A stretch of 61,468 bases of DNA, filler included, from Basidiobolus ranarum (GCA_040143965.1; 9 parts of 9 records of this genome joined end to end with filler, not necessarily neighbours in it); one strand, 5' to 3'; shown: positions 37,223 to 51,161, counted from the first letter of the whole stretch. Numbers and translations are program-made. Notes: generated by a model from the letters alone, not told the origin.

Positions 37223-38269
37223 TCAATACGAGAGGTCAAACATTGAGGTAGTATGGCGACGTTTCTTCAGAGGTGGCTGCTTTAGTTGAAAATCGGAGGA
37301 GTTTGAACGTAGCAAGCTGTTCCATGGACCACTTCCTGATTCCTTATCAGTGTATTCTTCCGAGTGGTGGAATGATTTTGAGCGAGGTTTTGCTTGAGCA
37401 CGGTACTTTTTGGCATTCATTTTAGTTGTATCTAAAGGCATACGGCAATTAGATAAGTTCAACTCTTCCGTAATGGTAGGTCTCTTTTTGTTGACAAAGG
37501 CGTTGTTAAGCGATTGCTGCTGAAGAAGGTCAATTTGAGTCGATAAATCTAACCCAAGTGATCCAAGTCCCGAGTAATCTGAGCTTTCAAATATATCTGA
37601 TACAGATAGGGTATGGATTTCTGTTGAATCAGTGGATGATGAAGCAGTCTCCTGAGGAAATGTGGCCATATTGAGGATATCTTGATTTTTTAAAGCGGTT
37701 GTATCACACGTGCTTAGTAGAGTTAAGGAATCATGAGAGGAAGTACTGGAAACCTCATTAAAATCAGAGCATAAGTAAGCAGCAGTGTTTGTGCTTAGAA
37801 GATCGCCCGATTCTATAAACGAATCTAGATCGAAAGTGTTGCTAGGGTTTTTCTGAAGATCAAACGAAGCGGTATTTGGAGATATCAAATACGAGTATTC
37901 AGGGTCAAGTAAATATGATGCGGAGGATCTTTGATCATAAAATGAGCCCGAGTGGGATAGAGTTAGCTTGGTAGCTTCAATAGGGTAAGCGGAATCAGAA
38001 GAATGATTCCCTTCATGGTTTTCTTTCTTTAGTTTTTGGCGGCGGTTTTGAAACCAAATTTGAACCGCACGAGGATGCATGTCAAGCTCCTCGGCTAATT
38101 TCACACGAATTTCGGTCTTTGGTTTGGTGGTTTGGTCAAAAACCTCCATAAGCCTATTGACTTGCCGGGCATTGAGACGGTTTCGTCGTTTGATTTCCTT
38201 CATATCGTAAGCCTTGTCATGTTCCGAATCCGTATCATATGATTTTTGAGAGTCTTCGAGTTTATTCAT
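37223..38269 (-). CDS. Homeodomain transcription factor, intronless
   Basis: KRRNRLNARQVNRLMEVF...KLAEELDMHPRAVQIWFQNRRQK near the N-terminus; Ser-rich acidic tail; NLS-like PLKKRR. Confidence 0.93.
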   Translation of the reverse strand: MNKLEDSQKSYDTDSEHDKAYDMKEIKRRNRLNARQVNRLMEVFDQTTKPKTEIRVKLAEELDMHPRAVQIWFQNRRQKLKKENHEGNHSSDSAYPIEATKLTLSHSGSFYDQRSSASYLLDPEYSYLISPNTASFDLQKNPSNTFDLDSFIESGDLLSTNTAAYLCSDFNEVSSTSSHDSLTLLSTCDTTALKNQDILNMATFPQETASSSTDSTEIHTLSVSDIFESSDYSGLGSLGLDLSTQIDLLQQQSLNNAFVNKKRPTITEELNLSNCRMPLDTTKMNAKKYRAQAKPRSKSFHHSEEYTDKESGSGPWNSLLRSNSSDFQLKQPPLKKRRHTTSMFDLSY

Positions 38270-41081
38270 TGGGGAAATAGACTATTGGTCGCACCTAGGA
38301 GTATCAGTCTTTGAAAAGTTGCTCGAGAGGGAAGTTGGAATTGAATAAATAGAAATCCAAACTGATATTCGATGAGAGGAAACCCTCAGCTTTTATAGAG
38401 ACAAAGATGACAACAAATAGCCATTATGATTCAGAATGGTTGGAGTGATTTTAAATCCAGGGGGTACAACGACCGGATCCCTTAATAAGTATTTTAGGTA
38501 ACATGAGCTGACAATTTTAGTGATTTTTTTGCTCTGCATGAGAACACTACTCAAGAAAACCGGATTCAAAACACAATGACGGAGTTGAAATGTTGATAAG
38601 TGCAGTGGTAGGTAACGCAGGTGTTCAATCCATTTGAATCATTAAGGATATAGAGAAGCCAGCAACGACGAAGTGCTTATGGAGAGGTCGACCTTTTCGC
38701 TAGTTTGAATGTCACTTTTGTTTTTCAGAGTTTCATTGCTTCTTAAACCGCGCTTGACTCGGGTAAGTCAAAAGCTCACTCCTATTGGATGCGGTCGCAG
38801 AAGTGAGTCACGATTGAATCGAAGTCAAAATCTTGTCTGTGCACGATTTTTTAGGTAAGCTGTGACGTTAACACTTGCATTACACTATGTACCATTGCAA
38901 CGGGGATGTCGTCATCACGCATGTCTTAGTTCAAAGACATCTAGACTTACAGTCGTAAATCGCTAGACATCAGCAGCATCGCTGATCTTTTCTTTTCATC
39001 ATTTTACTCCACAACCCAAAAAAAGTTTTCCAACTTCAATTCGGGTATTCTAGGATGTTCTGAGTTATATCTAACTAATTTAGGTCTACTATATATAGAA
39101 CTCGATTGGTGACGCTTAGGAGTCATTCTTTCAATTGGTTCACTTGTTGGCCAGATTTGTAGATGCTGTGACTATGTCCACTTTTCAGCAATTGCGACAA
39201 CCACGTTTATTATTGCTACGTTGACAATTATCCTATTCTGTTTGTACCTGACTTTTATGACCAACAGTGAGTGACTAAATTCTTTGAGCATACATCCGGC
39301 AACAATAGAATGATGAAATGTCAACTGCATGGCTTGAGTGATTTTATTGATGCTACCACTAGTATATTCCTCCCAATATATCCTACTATCAACCACCAGG
39401 CCACTGCTCACCAATTCAAATTTTGCCTTACAGCTGTGATCTCTATAGTTAGTAATGGTTCCACATCCACTGTTGATTTAACACTTTTTTACTATTTGCT
39501 ATATATGTACTCCATAATATCTGAGCTATTTCTGTGGGTTTAGAGTTAGTAAGACTAGATTGCTTGTTACTCATGATTGGCCATCCCATTCATTTCGTTT
39601 TCTAGAAAAAACTGTTCAACTTCTGTGTTTTGATGCATATATATATGTCGAATCTTTGAGCTTTCCTGCAAAGCCATTAAATATCATCTTTTCATATCCA
39701 TGACGAATTTCTAGTTTTCACTACTTCACTAAATGGACTATTCATACTAGTGGGAAAATGTTGACTTACTTAACTATAAACTCCTTACAGTCAATACTGA
39801 ATAAGACAAACAAAGGTATTATTCAAAGCTGATGAATAAGAAGCAGTGGTGAGAGGTGGGCATACTGTGATAAATTGAGAACTTTGATTTCATTGGAATA
39901 GCAGTATCAGCGATTTTTACTTTTACCGTATTCACTTTGGTGATTATAGTAGAGAAAATACTCAGAGTTAAAGATATTCGAGAAATCTATGGTAGTAATA
40001 GGATTAGTAGGTGTGGTAACATTTTGGGTACTTCTTGCATATATAATTAGTGCGAATGATTCTTACCCCATAAACTCTAATTGTTCATTACTGATATCAC
40101 CTTGACATTTAGTCAGGGGAATCACTAACAAACTATAAATTTGGTCACGTTTACGCCTAGCTGTCACCTTAGTTTCACAGTAGAAAACACACTAATACAC
40201 TAATAAAAATGACTATCAACTTAGTTTAAGGTGATTCCATTAATCTTGGCAATATTATACACACTTATATCCAGTGCAGTGAGCAAATTAGTTTCGAGCA
40301 TAACATACTTCAATACTAAATTATTCAATAGCAGCCATATTTCTAAATTCCACAATATATAAGAGTAAGGGAAAAAGTAGCTACTTGTACAAATTACTAA
40401 ATTTCAAATCTCCAATACTGCACTATTGAATATATAACCATCAGGCCCAACATATAATTTAGTATTCCTGTATATGCCAGATTCTTTGTTTTCAGTTTCA
40501 AAGCTCCCACTTGTATGAGTACAAAAATTTAGTTCCACAAACCTTTTCTCCAAATCTCAATGATTTTGGTGCCACCTCATTCCATTCAATCATCATATAT
40601 GCTATCTGTCAAGCTGTTAAATATAACCCATTGAATAGAGCTCATTTTGGTGCCTATATTTGCAGCTCTAAGGGGTACAGAACATGGCACCTTCAAGTTT
40701 TATTTCAGATACAGACATTTTTATTTACCAGCATTTAGTAAATTATGAAGATGTTAAGGGAAAAAATACTTCAAAAGAAACTTTTAGCACCTTGATGACT
40801 GAAAAGCAGCATCCTCTTTATATATATGAAGTTAAAATAGTTGTCAATGTGTAAAATATTAATGTATTGTACTTCTGAAATTTTGGAAAACTCTTTTCTG
40901 ACATTTATTGATTGTGAGGTATTTACTTGTTGCTAGTCAGGAAGGTTTATATGGAACATGTAATGACTATGGCTAAAGCTANNNNNNNNNNNNNNNNNNN
41001 NNNNNNNNNNNNNNNNNNNNNNNNNTTAATTAATTAANNNNNNNNNNNNNNNNNNNNNNNNNNNNNNNNNNNNNNNNNNNN

Positions 41082-43393
41082 ACACCAATTGTTAAATCTG
41101 AGGATCTTTGGTTGCACAGCATATATGATTAAATTACGGCTTAAAAATGCTCTAAGCTGGAACTTAAAAGCAGAAATGCATGTTTCTTAGTTACTGCAAT
41201 GAAACTTAGTCCTAAAACTGTTTGATACCAACTATTGGAAGTTAAATAAGTGCAGAAATGACATTTTTGATAAAAAAGCAAATTCTTCAGCTTAATTCAC
41301 AGTTCTTGATCCAGGAAACAAAATCAGCACTATTCAGGAAGTGTCTGGAAAATTAAAGTGTGGTTAGAGCCCAGTTGAACCAAAACTCTAATGCCAATTT
41401 CATCAGAGGATGATCAGGGCTTAGAATATAATCCACATGAAGAAATAAGCCAGGGTACTGGTGGAATACTTCCAATAATAATCTGTATGCTAATGCAGCA
41501 TTTCTGTCACAGGCCACAGACTTTAGACCAAGCTCAGGAGTCTCCAAAATTCAAATCATGCAAAGGCAGCAATTTCTGATATGTTTTCTTCAATTTAGGA
41601 CAACAAAACATGGATTTTAGGGCCTCTACCATCAGGGAGAAAGCCATTAGGTTGCAAATGGGTATTCACAATCAAAAGCCAAGCTGATGGAACAGTAGAA
41701 AGGTACAAAATAAGAATAGTTGAAAAAGCTCATTCCGAGACCCCAGGAGTTGTATTCAACTAAACTTAGGCCCCACTAGCCAAGTTTAGCATACTTGGAT
41801 CAATCTTCCCAATTTCAGCTATCCATAACTCCGATTTATAATAAATATATGTAAAAACAGCCTTTTGGAATGGTAAAGTAGAAGAAGAGATCTTCATGGA
41901 GCAACCAGATCCATTTGTGGACCCAAAACACCTTGTTATAATCTGTAAGCTCCACAAATCATTTTATGGACTCAATCCAGCACCCAGGGCATGGTACAAC
42001 CAGCTAAAAATCTATTTGGAATTACTTGAATTTCAAAGATGCTTAGCAGATCATAATATGTAGATCAACACAACCAAATTAGGACTCTTATCCTACTACT
42101 ATATGTGGCTGACTTGAGCATAGCCACAAATGATCTGCAAATACTAAATCAGATGAAAGGCAGCTTAATAAACCAATTTCACATGACTGATAGGGGTGAA
42201 TCAATGAATTTACTTAGAATATAAATCCAGAGAGGTAAACCCACACAGAAAATCATGCTAAATCAGTCTAGATTCATCTTTGAAATACTAAAATTCTTCA
42301 GCAAGATAACAAAATATCATTTGATTTGGCTCAAAATGACTCAAATCAGCATCAGGAGTTATCCTATCAATCCAAGGTGTGGAGTACAATGTATACAATA
42401 ACTGGAACACATCCAGACATTGCTATGGTAGTGGGAATGGTTGGCAAAGATCTCATAAAACCTGGTCTAAGCACAAAACTGCAGTGAAATGAATAAGCAG
42501 GTATTTGGGAGGAGCAATAGTTCTAGTTCTGGAATACACTTGCACTCATGATGAATAAGATATTCCAGCTGCAGTGATGCAGACAGGGAAAAAAACTTGA
42601 TGATGGATTAACAACTACTGGGTGCACTCTTCTCTTTGGTAGTGGAGCCATATCTTGGAAGAGTAAGAAGCAAATAACCATGGCATATTGCATTACAGAA
42701 GCAGAGTATAAGGCTGCCTCTACTACTACACAAGAAGCTTTGTGAGTAAGGAAGTTATATACAGACATAGGATGTATGCAAAAACATGCTATTACTGTGA
42801 TTCAAGATAATCAAAGTTGCTTTTCATTAGCTAAAAACCTTACATTTCATGCTGAAGCAAAACATAGAGATAATAGGCATCTTTTTGTTTGAGAAGCAAA
42901 AGAAAATGATATAATTGAACTTGTCTATTGCCCAAATGAAGAAATGATTGCCAACATCCTAACTAAACCTTGTGCTAAGGCCCAACTTGAGTTGCTCAGA
43001 TATATAACAGGTTTAAGAGAAATACAAAGTAACAAGTTAAGTGGTAATATTGAAATTAGGTAGGTAGCAACTCATTATATAGTAGTTAATCCATTCACAT
43101 TCTGATTATTTAGCACTCAATATGGCCAATTTACAAACATGCAATTATTGCTCCAAATGCCAGAAATTATAAACACCTTGACCAAATTTCACTATTATCT
43201 TGAAACTTCTCCAAATCACCTCAAATTTCACCCATGCTCTAGAAGCATGTTTGTTATGATCTAAGCAAGTCCAATGGTCGTATTTCATTGTAAACTACAA
43301 TTAGGACCTATTGTATGCAGTAAACTTCAGTGTCTAGTGTAAATACCCAAGTCTTGTGCAAAACAATTCTAAATCCTCTTAACCCTTTTATCA
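41082..43393 (+). mobile_element. Degenerate Ty1/copia, family A, copy 3: IN end, RT, RH and 3' LTR (43048-43393)
   Basis: GCKWVFTIK, VKTAFWNGKVEEEIFMEQP, GAISWKSKKQ..EAEYKA, QDNQSC, EMIANILTKP, then an LTR ending TTTTATCA. Confidence 0.92.
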
Positions 43394-43624
43394 AGGGTCA
43401 ATATTAGGAACTATGAGCTAAGGATGGCTACCATAGGGTTCCAATCTAAAATAGTTTGCATTGAGTTTAAATAACATATCACACTGCAACAGACCTTAAT
43501 ATGATTCACAATTATTTAAATTGATGTAGATCTTGATTCATGTATGGTTCTGTAGTAATAATACTAGGAATCTGTTTTTGATAATGACTCAGTTGAGTTA
43601 TCTTTAGCTGATTGTCAGCATTGT

Positions 43625-43976
43625 GGTTGAAATTAGGTAAATAGCAACTCATTATTTAGCAGCTAGTTTATTCATATTCTGATTATTTAGCAGTCAACTC
43701 TGCCATTAAAATATGTGTGTTTATTCCTCTAATTCAAATAAATATCAATTAGGTCACTTTCATCAATTTTCACCATGTTTTCAAAACTGGTCCAAATCAC
43801 CTTGAATTTTCATTCATGCTTAACAGGCATGTTTGTTATGATATAAGCACATCCGGTAATTCTATTTCATAGCAAACTATAAATAGGACATATTCAATTC
43901 AACACAACTTAAGTGTTTGATTTACAAATCCAAATTTTGTCCAACACACATCCAAATCCCCTAAACACTTTATTCA
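43625..43976 (+). repeat. Family A solo LTR (a further LTR 3' fragment lies at about 44341-44407)
   Basis: GTTGAAATTAGGTAAATAGCAACTC...CCCCTAAACACTTTATTCA is colinear with 17401-17751 and not followed by a PBS or gag. Confidence 0.85.
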
Positions 43977-45139
43977 AGTTTAAGTCAATCAGGTATGTGC
44001 TTGAAAATGTCAAGATACTATAATATTTCACCAGACTTGCAACAAGGTGTGTGTAGTTTTTATGTTAATAATGGTCCAAGAGTTGTTTTTGCAAGCCACA
44101 TAGCTATTTTCAAGGGTGCATATAAGCTGGTATAAGTCAGGGCCAAATTTCAAATTGTCCAATATCTACAAAGCACAAAAAAGGCTCTTGGTAATGATAA
44201 GCACAATGACATCTTCATTCAGATCAAATTTAACAATTTTTTAGTCCAAGTCCCAAACAAAACGGATCTGAGAGTATGTGAGTGGGTTTTGTTTTCAAAT
44301 GAAGCCAAAACTCTTGTAGCTTATTTGACAGCTTGTTTTATTTGTTTCTAATTGCAAACTCCAAATTTTGTCCAAAACACAACCAAATCCCCCAAACACT
44401 CTTATCAGCAACATAGGTCTTTCCACTAGAACAAGCCCCCCAATCTAATAGAGATTAAGATCCCAGTAACCTTGACTATGCAACCTCCTTTCTGTCTAAT
44501 ATAGCCATTTAGGGATCATATTCTTCAAAGACTAGAAACAACAAAAGTTACCTTAGCAGGCTAATGAAAGGAACTCCCATGGAGACAGATTCCATGAACC
44601 AAGTGCTCACTAGTGAGGTAGGTAATCAAAGATAATTGTCCTTTACATGTCCTGAGAAGGATTATTAGGATAGATACTTTCCCTAGAGAAAGCAAGCAGA
44701 AGGTAAGTAGAGCTTGAATTTGGTTGTGACTATGTTAAAGTCAGCCAAAAATCAGCAAGAAGAAGCTGAGGCCACTTTGCAACAGATTACCAAAAATCTT
44801 TGCAATGTGAATCCAAGCTCACAGAGACAACTTATATGAAACAAAAGGTTTAGCTCACACAGTATATCATACACAAATATTATTCTCAATTCAAATGAAT
44901 TTTGGTGCTACTATGACTGATCACAAAAGTTACTTCCTTGCTATGACAGATCAGCTAACATTGGAATGTGCAAACCAATTAAGCACTGATAGGGATCATT
45001 TTTCTGTGTAAGACTTATGATCATCAACCAACAAAGACTTAAAAATAGAACATAAAGCTACAGGACCTTCCCAGCACAAGTCACACAACAGGTATTGGTT
45101 TTCCAGCTTTGAGCCAATTCAAACTAAAGCAGTATAATG

Positions 45140-46490
45140 GACAGCTGCATATGCACCAGATGCAGTTTGTGAAGGCATGGCTATGGTAAGCTTGGATCAA
45201 AAATTAGCTAAATCATCAGCAAAACTGGGTTATATAATCTATATACTAAATTGTGTCCAAACAAGCCATCAGGCTATGTAATAGATAAAAGATTCAGATG
45301 TAGTGTTCAACAAGGCTGGATACACTTTGAGAGCTCAAACTAACTCCAATTTCACTTGTAGTATCAAGAGTCAACACTTCTATGAGCTGGAAATTAACTG
45401 AAACATACTAGCTTCTAAACCTGACCAAAACCAGTGAAACCAGCAGTCAAAAGTGGCATTGAAGATAAGATCATTTTGGGAAGCAATGATTGGCCCAAAT
45501 TTGCCAAAATCAGCTTATTTCAAATGAATAAGTTAAAATAGCAGCACATTTGAGCCATGTGAATGTTTTTTATATGTAACATCTTACATGGGGTCATTTT
45601 CAACCTATGGAGAGATTGATTTCAGCTAGAACATTGCCCTGATATATGGTGACCTATGTGTGCCAATGAAAAATGTCTCACCTGGTGGTTATACATACTT
45701 TATGACTTTACTTGATGACAAGTTGGGATATTCTTGGATATTCTATCTCAGAGCAAAAGCCGCTGCCTTAGCTTGATTCAAGCACAACAAAACAATTGTA
45801 GAGAACAAATTACCATGCAGTATAAGGTTTTTAAGGAGTTATGATGGAGGAGAATACTGCCCAAAAAAGCTAAGCTGATTTCTTCTCTAAACATTTACTT
45901 AAGTATCATTTTACAGAATCTTATACTCCTCTGCACGATGAAGCTACTGAATGTGCTGCTATGATCACAATGGAGATGTCACAAGCAGCAATACAGAATC
46001 AATAGCAAGATTACCAATTTTGAGCTGAATTTGTCACTTCTGTAGTCTAAGTAAAAACAGTTACCAAGCAGGATAAGAGAACCAAAAATTAGATTCTTAT
46101 CTTGGCACTTGGTGTACAAATGAAGTCATCATAACCATAAACAATATAGATATGGTAAAATTGAAAAATCAGCTTATCAAATTCACTTCAGATGACAGAT
46201 GGTGGTACATAAGTAATTTCTTTGGAATCCAAGTCAAGAGAGATAAACCTAATCAGAAAATGAAGTCAATTGGCATTGGCTCAATCTAAATATCCTAAAA
46301 CACTACAATATACAGAATAGCAACTATGTGTATGCATCAATGGATCCAAATGGTATATTTATTAGAGTTGTATCCAATCTGGCCTAAATGAATCTAATAT
46401 CAGGCCAGGAATTTCTTTCTCCGCCCATGTTTTGTAGTCAAATGCTTCAAGGGGTCAGAACATATCCAGACATTGCTGGAGCAGTAATAT
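45140..46490 (+). mobile_element. Heavily decayed copia PR-IN-RT fragments related to family A
   Basis: IYGDLCVPMKNVSPGGYTYFMTLLDD, LRSYDGGEY and FFGIQVKR-like motifs, with large deletions. Confidence 0.75.
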
Positions 46491-47059
46491 AAAATGGCTG
46501 ATATCAGTGAAACAAACCCCATGAGAAAACCATGTTTATTAACTTTCAATACAATCAAGATATGTGAAGATCCTTAACATGGAAAAGAAAAGCTTGTATA
46601 AACACACAAGGATCAATATAGGGTGTTAATCAAAAGATGTATTCCATTAGACCAGGCCAGATTGTGAAACTTGATGCAGCCTGCTAGGACACCATCTGGA
46701 GCAATCCATCAGTTACCATGGCTTGGTCATAAATTTGGTGTCATATGTTACAGCACCTGATGATGGCAGTTTTCCATGAATTATTTCTACCAGAACTGGA
46801 CTAGATTTCTTGATTATTAGGATGGAGTGTGATTTGACAAAATTGGAGTCAATAAAACAGAAGGAAGCACCTGAATCAAGAAGTGCAGTTGTTTTGATTG
46901 ACTTGGAGTTGGGTAGCAGGAGTATAATGGGCAGCTTTCATGACTGGTATGACTGCAGGGATTATGGTGTATTGTGAACACATTTATGAAAGTGGTTAGC
47001 CCAACTGCATGGCCACTAGTGCAGCTGGGCAATGAAGTATTCCAATGGTTGAGAAGAGT

Positions 47060-47795
47060 TCTCTTCTACTTGATTATTGTTAATCTTGAATCCAGGATTC
47101 TTTTTTGGACAATTTCTAGCTTCATGTCTGAGGGTTCCACAATGGAGGCATAGATTTTTCTTGTTAGCATCAATATTTCTCCCCAGGGCTAGGCTTTGTG
47201 AATTGAGTTCCATCAATTTGCATTGGGTCATTGGCTTGACTGGTATTTGTATTTGATGGGAGTGAGATCTGAAAGTAGTTCAAAAGGGAGGATATAAAGG
47301 AACTATATTTCTTTGTTGTTGTCTTTTAAACAACCGGTTGTCATGTTTTACTGCCTGATAGATAGCAGCCATCAAGGCTGCTAGGTCAGCCATAGTGAGT
47401 AAAACATCCTTAATATTTTCTTGAAATCAACATTAGAACTGGCTGATCAGGGCAGATTCTCCCAAATTGAGGTTACAGGCATGGGGGCAAAATTCTGAAG
47501 CATAAGTCAATGTGGGCTTTGACCATTGTTTAAGTGCACAAAGCTTGTTATCTGAGGTTTTTCCTTATCTGCTTCTCGAGATGTAACTTCCAGTTCAGCA
47601 AGAAAGGCAAAGAAGTTGGAAAGAGGTGCAGATTAACTCTGCATCAAAGGAGCAAACTCTGATAATAGTTTTCCAACTAGCCTCACTTTGGCTTGGTCAG
47701 AGGAGCATTAATGGGGATGTAGCTGGACTTGGCTGATAAAACCACAATAGTTTGATGACTGCCATTAAACTTATTTGGCAAGGAGATCTTTGTTT
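47060..47795 (-). mobile_element. Ty3/gypsy gag remnant
   Basis: KISLPNKFNG..SDQAKV, ESALISQF..IKDVL..AVKHDNRL and a CCHC knuckle LCLHCGTLRHEARNCPKK. Confidence 0.8.
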
Positions 47796-48248
47796 CAGCA
47801 GTTCAATTTGCAGGATANNNNNNNNNNNNNNNNNNNNNNNNNNNNNNNNNNNNNNNNNNNNTTAATTAATTAANNNNNNNNNNNNNNNNNNNNNNNNNNN
47901 NNNNNNNNNNNNNNNNNTTAGATGGTAGCTCAGTGCAACAGGAACTAATAACCTCAGATTGTTCCGCGGGGCTCAAAACACTGAACCTTCAATCCAAATC
48001 GGCACCTCTGAATTTGATACAATACACTACGATTAGTAGCATTCTAGATAATGAGTGTACTACAGAGAATGGGGTGATTCGACTCACGAAATATCCTGCC
48101 TAGTGATCAGGAAAGCATATATCTTAGATTTGAATCACTGCGCAAATATCCAAATTTGGATGTCCACTCATTAGCTAGATGCGATGGATTCGTATAAATA
48201 TGTGGATGATTCCCAACTAAACCATCAAATTCCCTATTCCTCTCAAGT

Positions 48249-48857
48249 ATGCTTGCATCGTACAATATTGTTAGTTTAGAACAAATGCTTGTAAAAGCCC
48301 AGTCCATCTCCAATTCTGCCTACCCGACCATTTCCTTTGTAAAGTCTCAAGTAAGTGAGAAATCATGCGAGGAATATATTCCCATCTCCGAGACAGAGGC
48401 GGTCTCAAAGACATACGTTCTTAATAACCTACGTAAAATGGGTCCCGTTTTATTCAACAACCCTCATTCTACAAACACCTGTTTAAACTTGAGCGATGAT
48501 GAAGGAAACGTTGCCAAATTTTGGGTTCACGACTTTTACTTCCTACACGATAGTTATGTTCTATATCAACTTTTACATTCGTCTTCCAAACCCAATACAC
48601 CTGAAATTGAAAAGAAACCATCCTTTGAACTCACCGAATCATCCTCAGTCGTCAATGAAATCACTCACGTACATCTCTCAGTTCCTTCAGTAATCGGTAT
48701 GGAGGATCTGCTTCGTTGGATATATCTTCGTGAAGATAACGAATGGCTCGCTTCAATGACTGAAGAAAACTTCGACTCCATTATGGAAAATGTTGCTTTT
48801 CTAAGATTAAGCCAGGAGGCTTACTATGTGATGGCTCAATTCTATGAAAATTTGTGA
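48249..48857 (+). CDS. BTB/POZ-like domain protein, paralogue 1
   Basis: LFNNPHSTNTCLNL..FWVHDFYFLHDS..VHLSVPS..EDLLRWIY..NFDSIMENVAFL resembles the BTB fold pattern; conserved with 50556-51161; TATAAAT near 48193. Confidence 0.75.
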   Translation: MLASYNIVSLEQMLVKAQSISNSAYPTISFVKSQVSEKSCEEYIPISETEAVSKTYVLNNLRKMGPVLFNNPHSTNTCLNLSDDEGNVAKFWVHDFYFLHDSYVLYQLLHSSSKPNTPEIEKKPSFELTESSSVVNEITHVHLSVPSVIGMEDLLRWIYLREDNEWLASMTEENFDSIMENVAFLRLSQEAYYVMAQFYENL

Positions 48858-50555
48858 AGTTTCTGGAAGCTTTAATTAGTTGTATATTTAATGAAAAGAA
48901 TACTCACATCATAATAGCATTCTATAAACATTGTACATTATAATTTATCATTGCATTAATAAAATCACTGAATCAACCACAGCTGAGTAGCTTTGTTCTT
49001 TAAGAATTGTACACGTTTCAATCCATATACATAAGCGTAGGGATTTGGATGCAGGGGACCTACTTATAAGATGAACCCATAACAAGCTACTGCCAAAATA
49101 AATTGTGTGCGCCAGATTAAATCTAGAATGCGATCATTATTGGCCAATGAAGAGTGGTAATCAAGCCAGGGCTACAGGGAATGTCCTAATTTAACTCTGG
49201 ATCGATATTTATAATTCTCTTAGCAAGAAGGGGAAGATGGAAACACTGGTCACGAGACACCAATCAACGGTCTATCAACATTAAATTAAAAGCATTAAGG
49301 ATTACATTCCCGCCTTCACACTGCTTCATTTAATGGCTGCTTTGATGTACGATAAGTTCAAGCATAGACCAGTCAATTAGTAAGGGTGAAATGTACAGCA
49401 TATGATAATCTCAACTGCAGTTATCAACTGTCTGGAGTATATTTTAGGATTATCTCACGTAACACGATTTCGATCATTTGACTTGGAGATGGTCAAACTT
49501 GGTGGGACTACTCTATATAAAATCCAGCTTTAAACCAGACATGAGCTAACCGTAAGGGGAAATTCACTGGCGCTGTGAAAGTCATGAGTTTAGAATTCAC
49601 TGACTGTGTCAAATGTTCCATGCAGTTATGGGTACTGTGCTGTGGACAGCTGCGGCTAATATGGGAATCTTGATGTCTAGCCTTAAATCAGCACCTGTAT
49701 CCAATGAAAATGACCACTACACTTGATAGACTAGCACTGCCCCAATATCGTAGGGGAATAATACCAGCTTTGATTATATAGATGGATTTTGAGGTTCGGA
49801 TCAAGTGGTTCCATGATATCTCTTCCAATAGGTCACTTGCACTTATACTTACACTCGTGTGTATTTGGTAGTGAGAAGCGTTATCACGGTGTCGATGTTG
49901 GGAACTCTCACAAATCCAGAGCCAAATATAGTAATATTAAACCTTGGACTCTACTTCAAGAGGAAATGTGATACACTACTATATTTAACAAGTACAGGTG
50001 ATCGATTATGTACTTTTACAGTGATGTGGCTTTCTAATGGGAGTTATCACGACTCGAACATGGAATATGGATTAATCTAGCTGAGCAGTCAAGTCCCAGC
50101 ACTTACTACAGTTACCCTTGATTTTAGGCACAACTTTGGCATTCGTTCAGATCATGCCCCAGCAAACCATATGCACTGGCCAGAGCCTAATGCGTGTTGT
50201 AGTGAGTATATATACATACACAGAATAAGGTAATATCTGTATAATGCTAATGTGTGGCTGATAATCTTAGGGCCATTAGTTGTACAGAGAAATGTTTGTT
50301 TTGATGATGGATAAGGTGGGAAGACTTACCTATTTTGTTATCAGAGGTACACGTGTAAACACGGCATTCAATATTCTGAGTAGACTACTTTCCATATAAT
50401 GCAATTTGAGCTTTAGCTAATTTATTGTTCACCGTTGAGATATCAGTAAATATATATATACATGGCTTTAAACAACTCTATCTACATTTGTTTCTATACA
50501 TGACTAAATCAAATTGTTCCATTCCCATATAAGGTCAGGTATAGGGATCGCTAAG

Positions 50556-51161
50556 TTAGATGTTCTCGTAGAACTCAGCCATCACATAATATGCATCTTG
50601 GCTAAGTCGAAGAAATGCTACATTCTCCATAACTGAGCCAAAATTGCATTCAGTCATGGTTTGTAGCCATCTGTGGTCATTACGAGTGTATATCCATAAA
50701 AGAAGCTCGTCAAATCCTTCTACGGATGGGACTGTAAGGTAGATGTGATGCTTCCCATTATGATCCGTGGTTGTTTGCTTATTTGTTCGGTGGAACTGTT
50801 CCAATTTCTCCATCGATGGACTTAGATTTGAGGTGCTACTAAGTGCTTTGTACAATGCGGGGCTATCGTGAAGAAAGTAAAAGTTATGCACCCAAAAGGC
50901 AGCGGTCGCACCCACCTTGTCTCTGATGTGAAGACAGGTGTCAGTAGAGTATGGGTTGTTAAACAGTATATGTCCCATTCGGTGTAAATTTTGGATTACA
51001 TGTGTTTTGCTGACCATCTCTTTCTCTGATATGTGAATATGGTCTTGGTTATCATCTGACTGAAACTCACTCTCTTGTGTCATGGAGTCAACCAGGTAAA
51101 CCGGTAGAGAGCTTCGAGTGCGGGCTGTATCAAGGATGTTAGTATTGGAAGAGATTTGCAT
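50556..51161 (-). CDS. BTB/POZ-like domain protein, paralogue 2
   Basis: LFNNPYSTDTCLHI..FWVHNFYFLHDS..LTVPSVEGFDELLLWIY..MENVAFLRLSQDAYYVMAEFYENI, an evident paralogue of 48249-48857. Confidence 0.75.
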   Translation of the reverse strand: MQISSNTNILDTARTRSSLPVYLVDSMTQESEFQSDDNQDHIHISEKEMVSKTHVIQNLHRMGHILFNNPYSTDTCLHIRDKVGATAAFWVHNFYFLHDSPALYKALSSTSNLSPSMEKLEQFHRTNKQTTTDHNGKHHIYLTVPSVEGFDELLLWIYTRNDHRWLQTMTECNFGSVMENVAFLRLSQDAYYVMAEFYENI

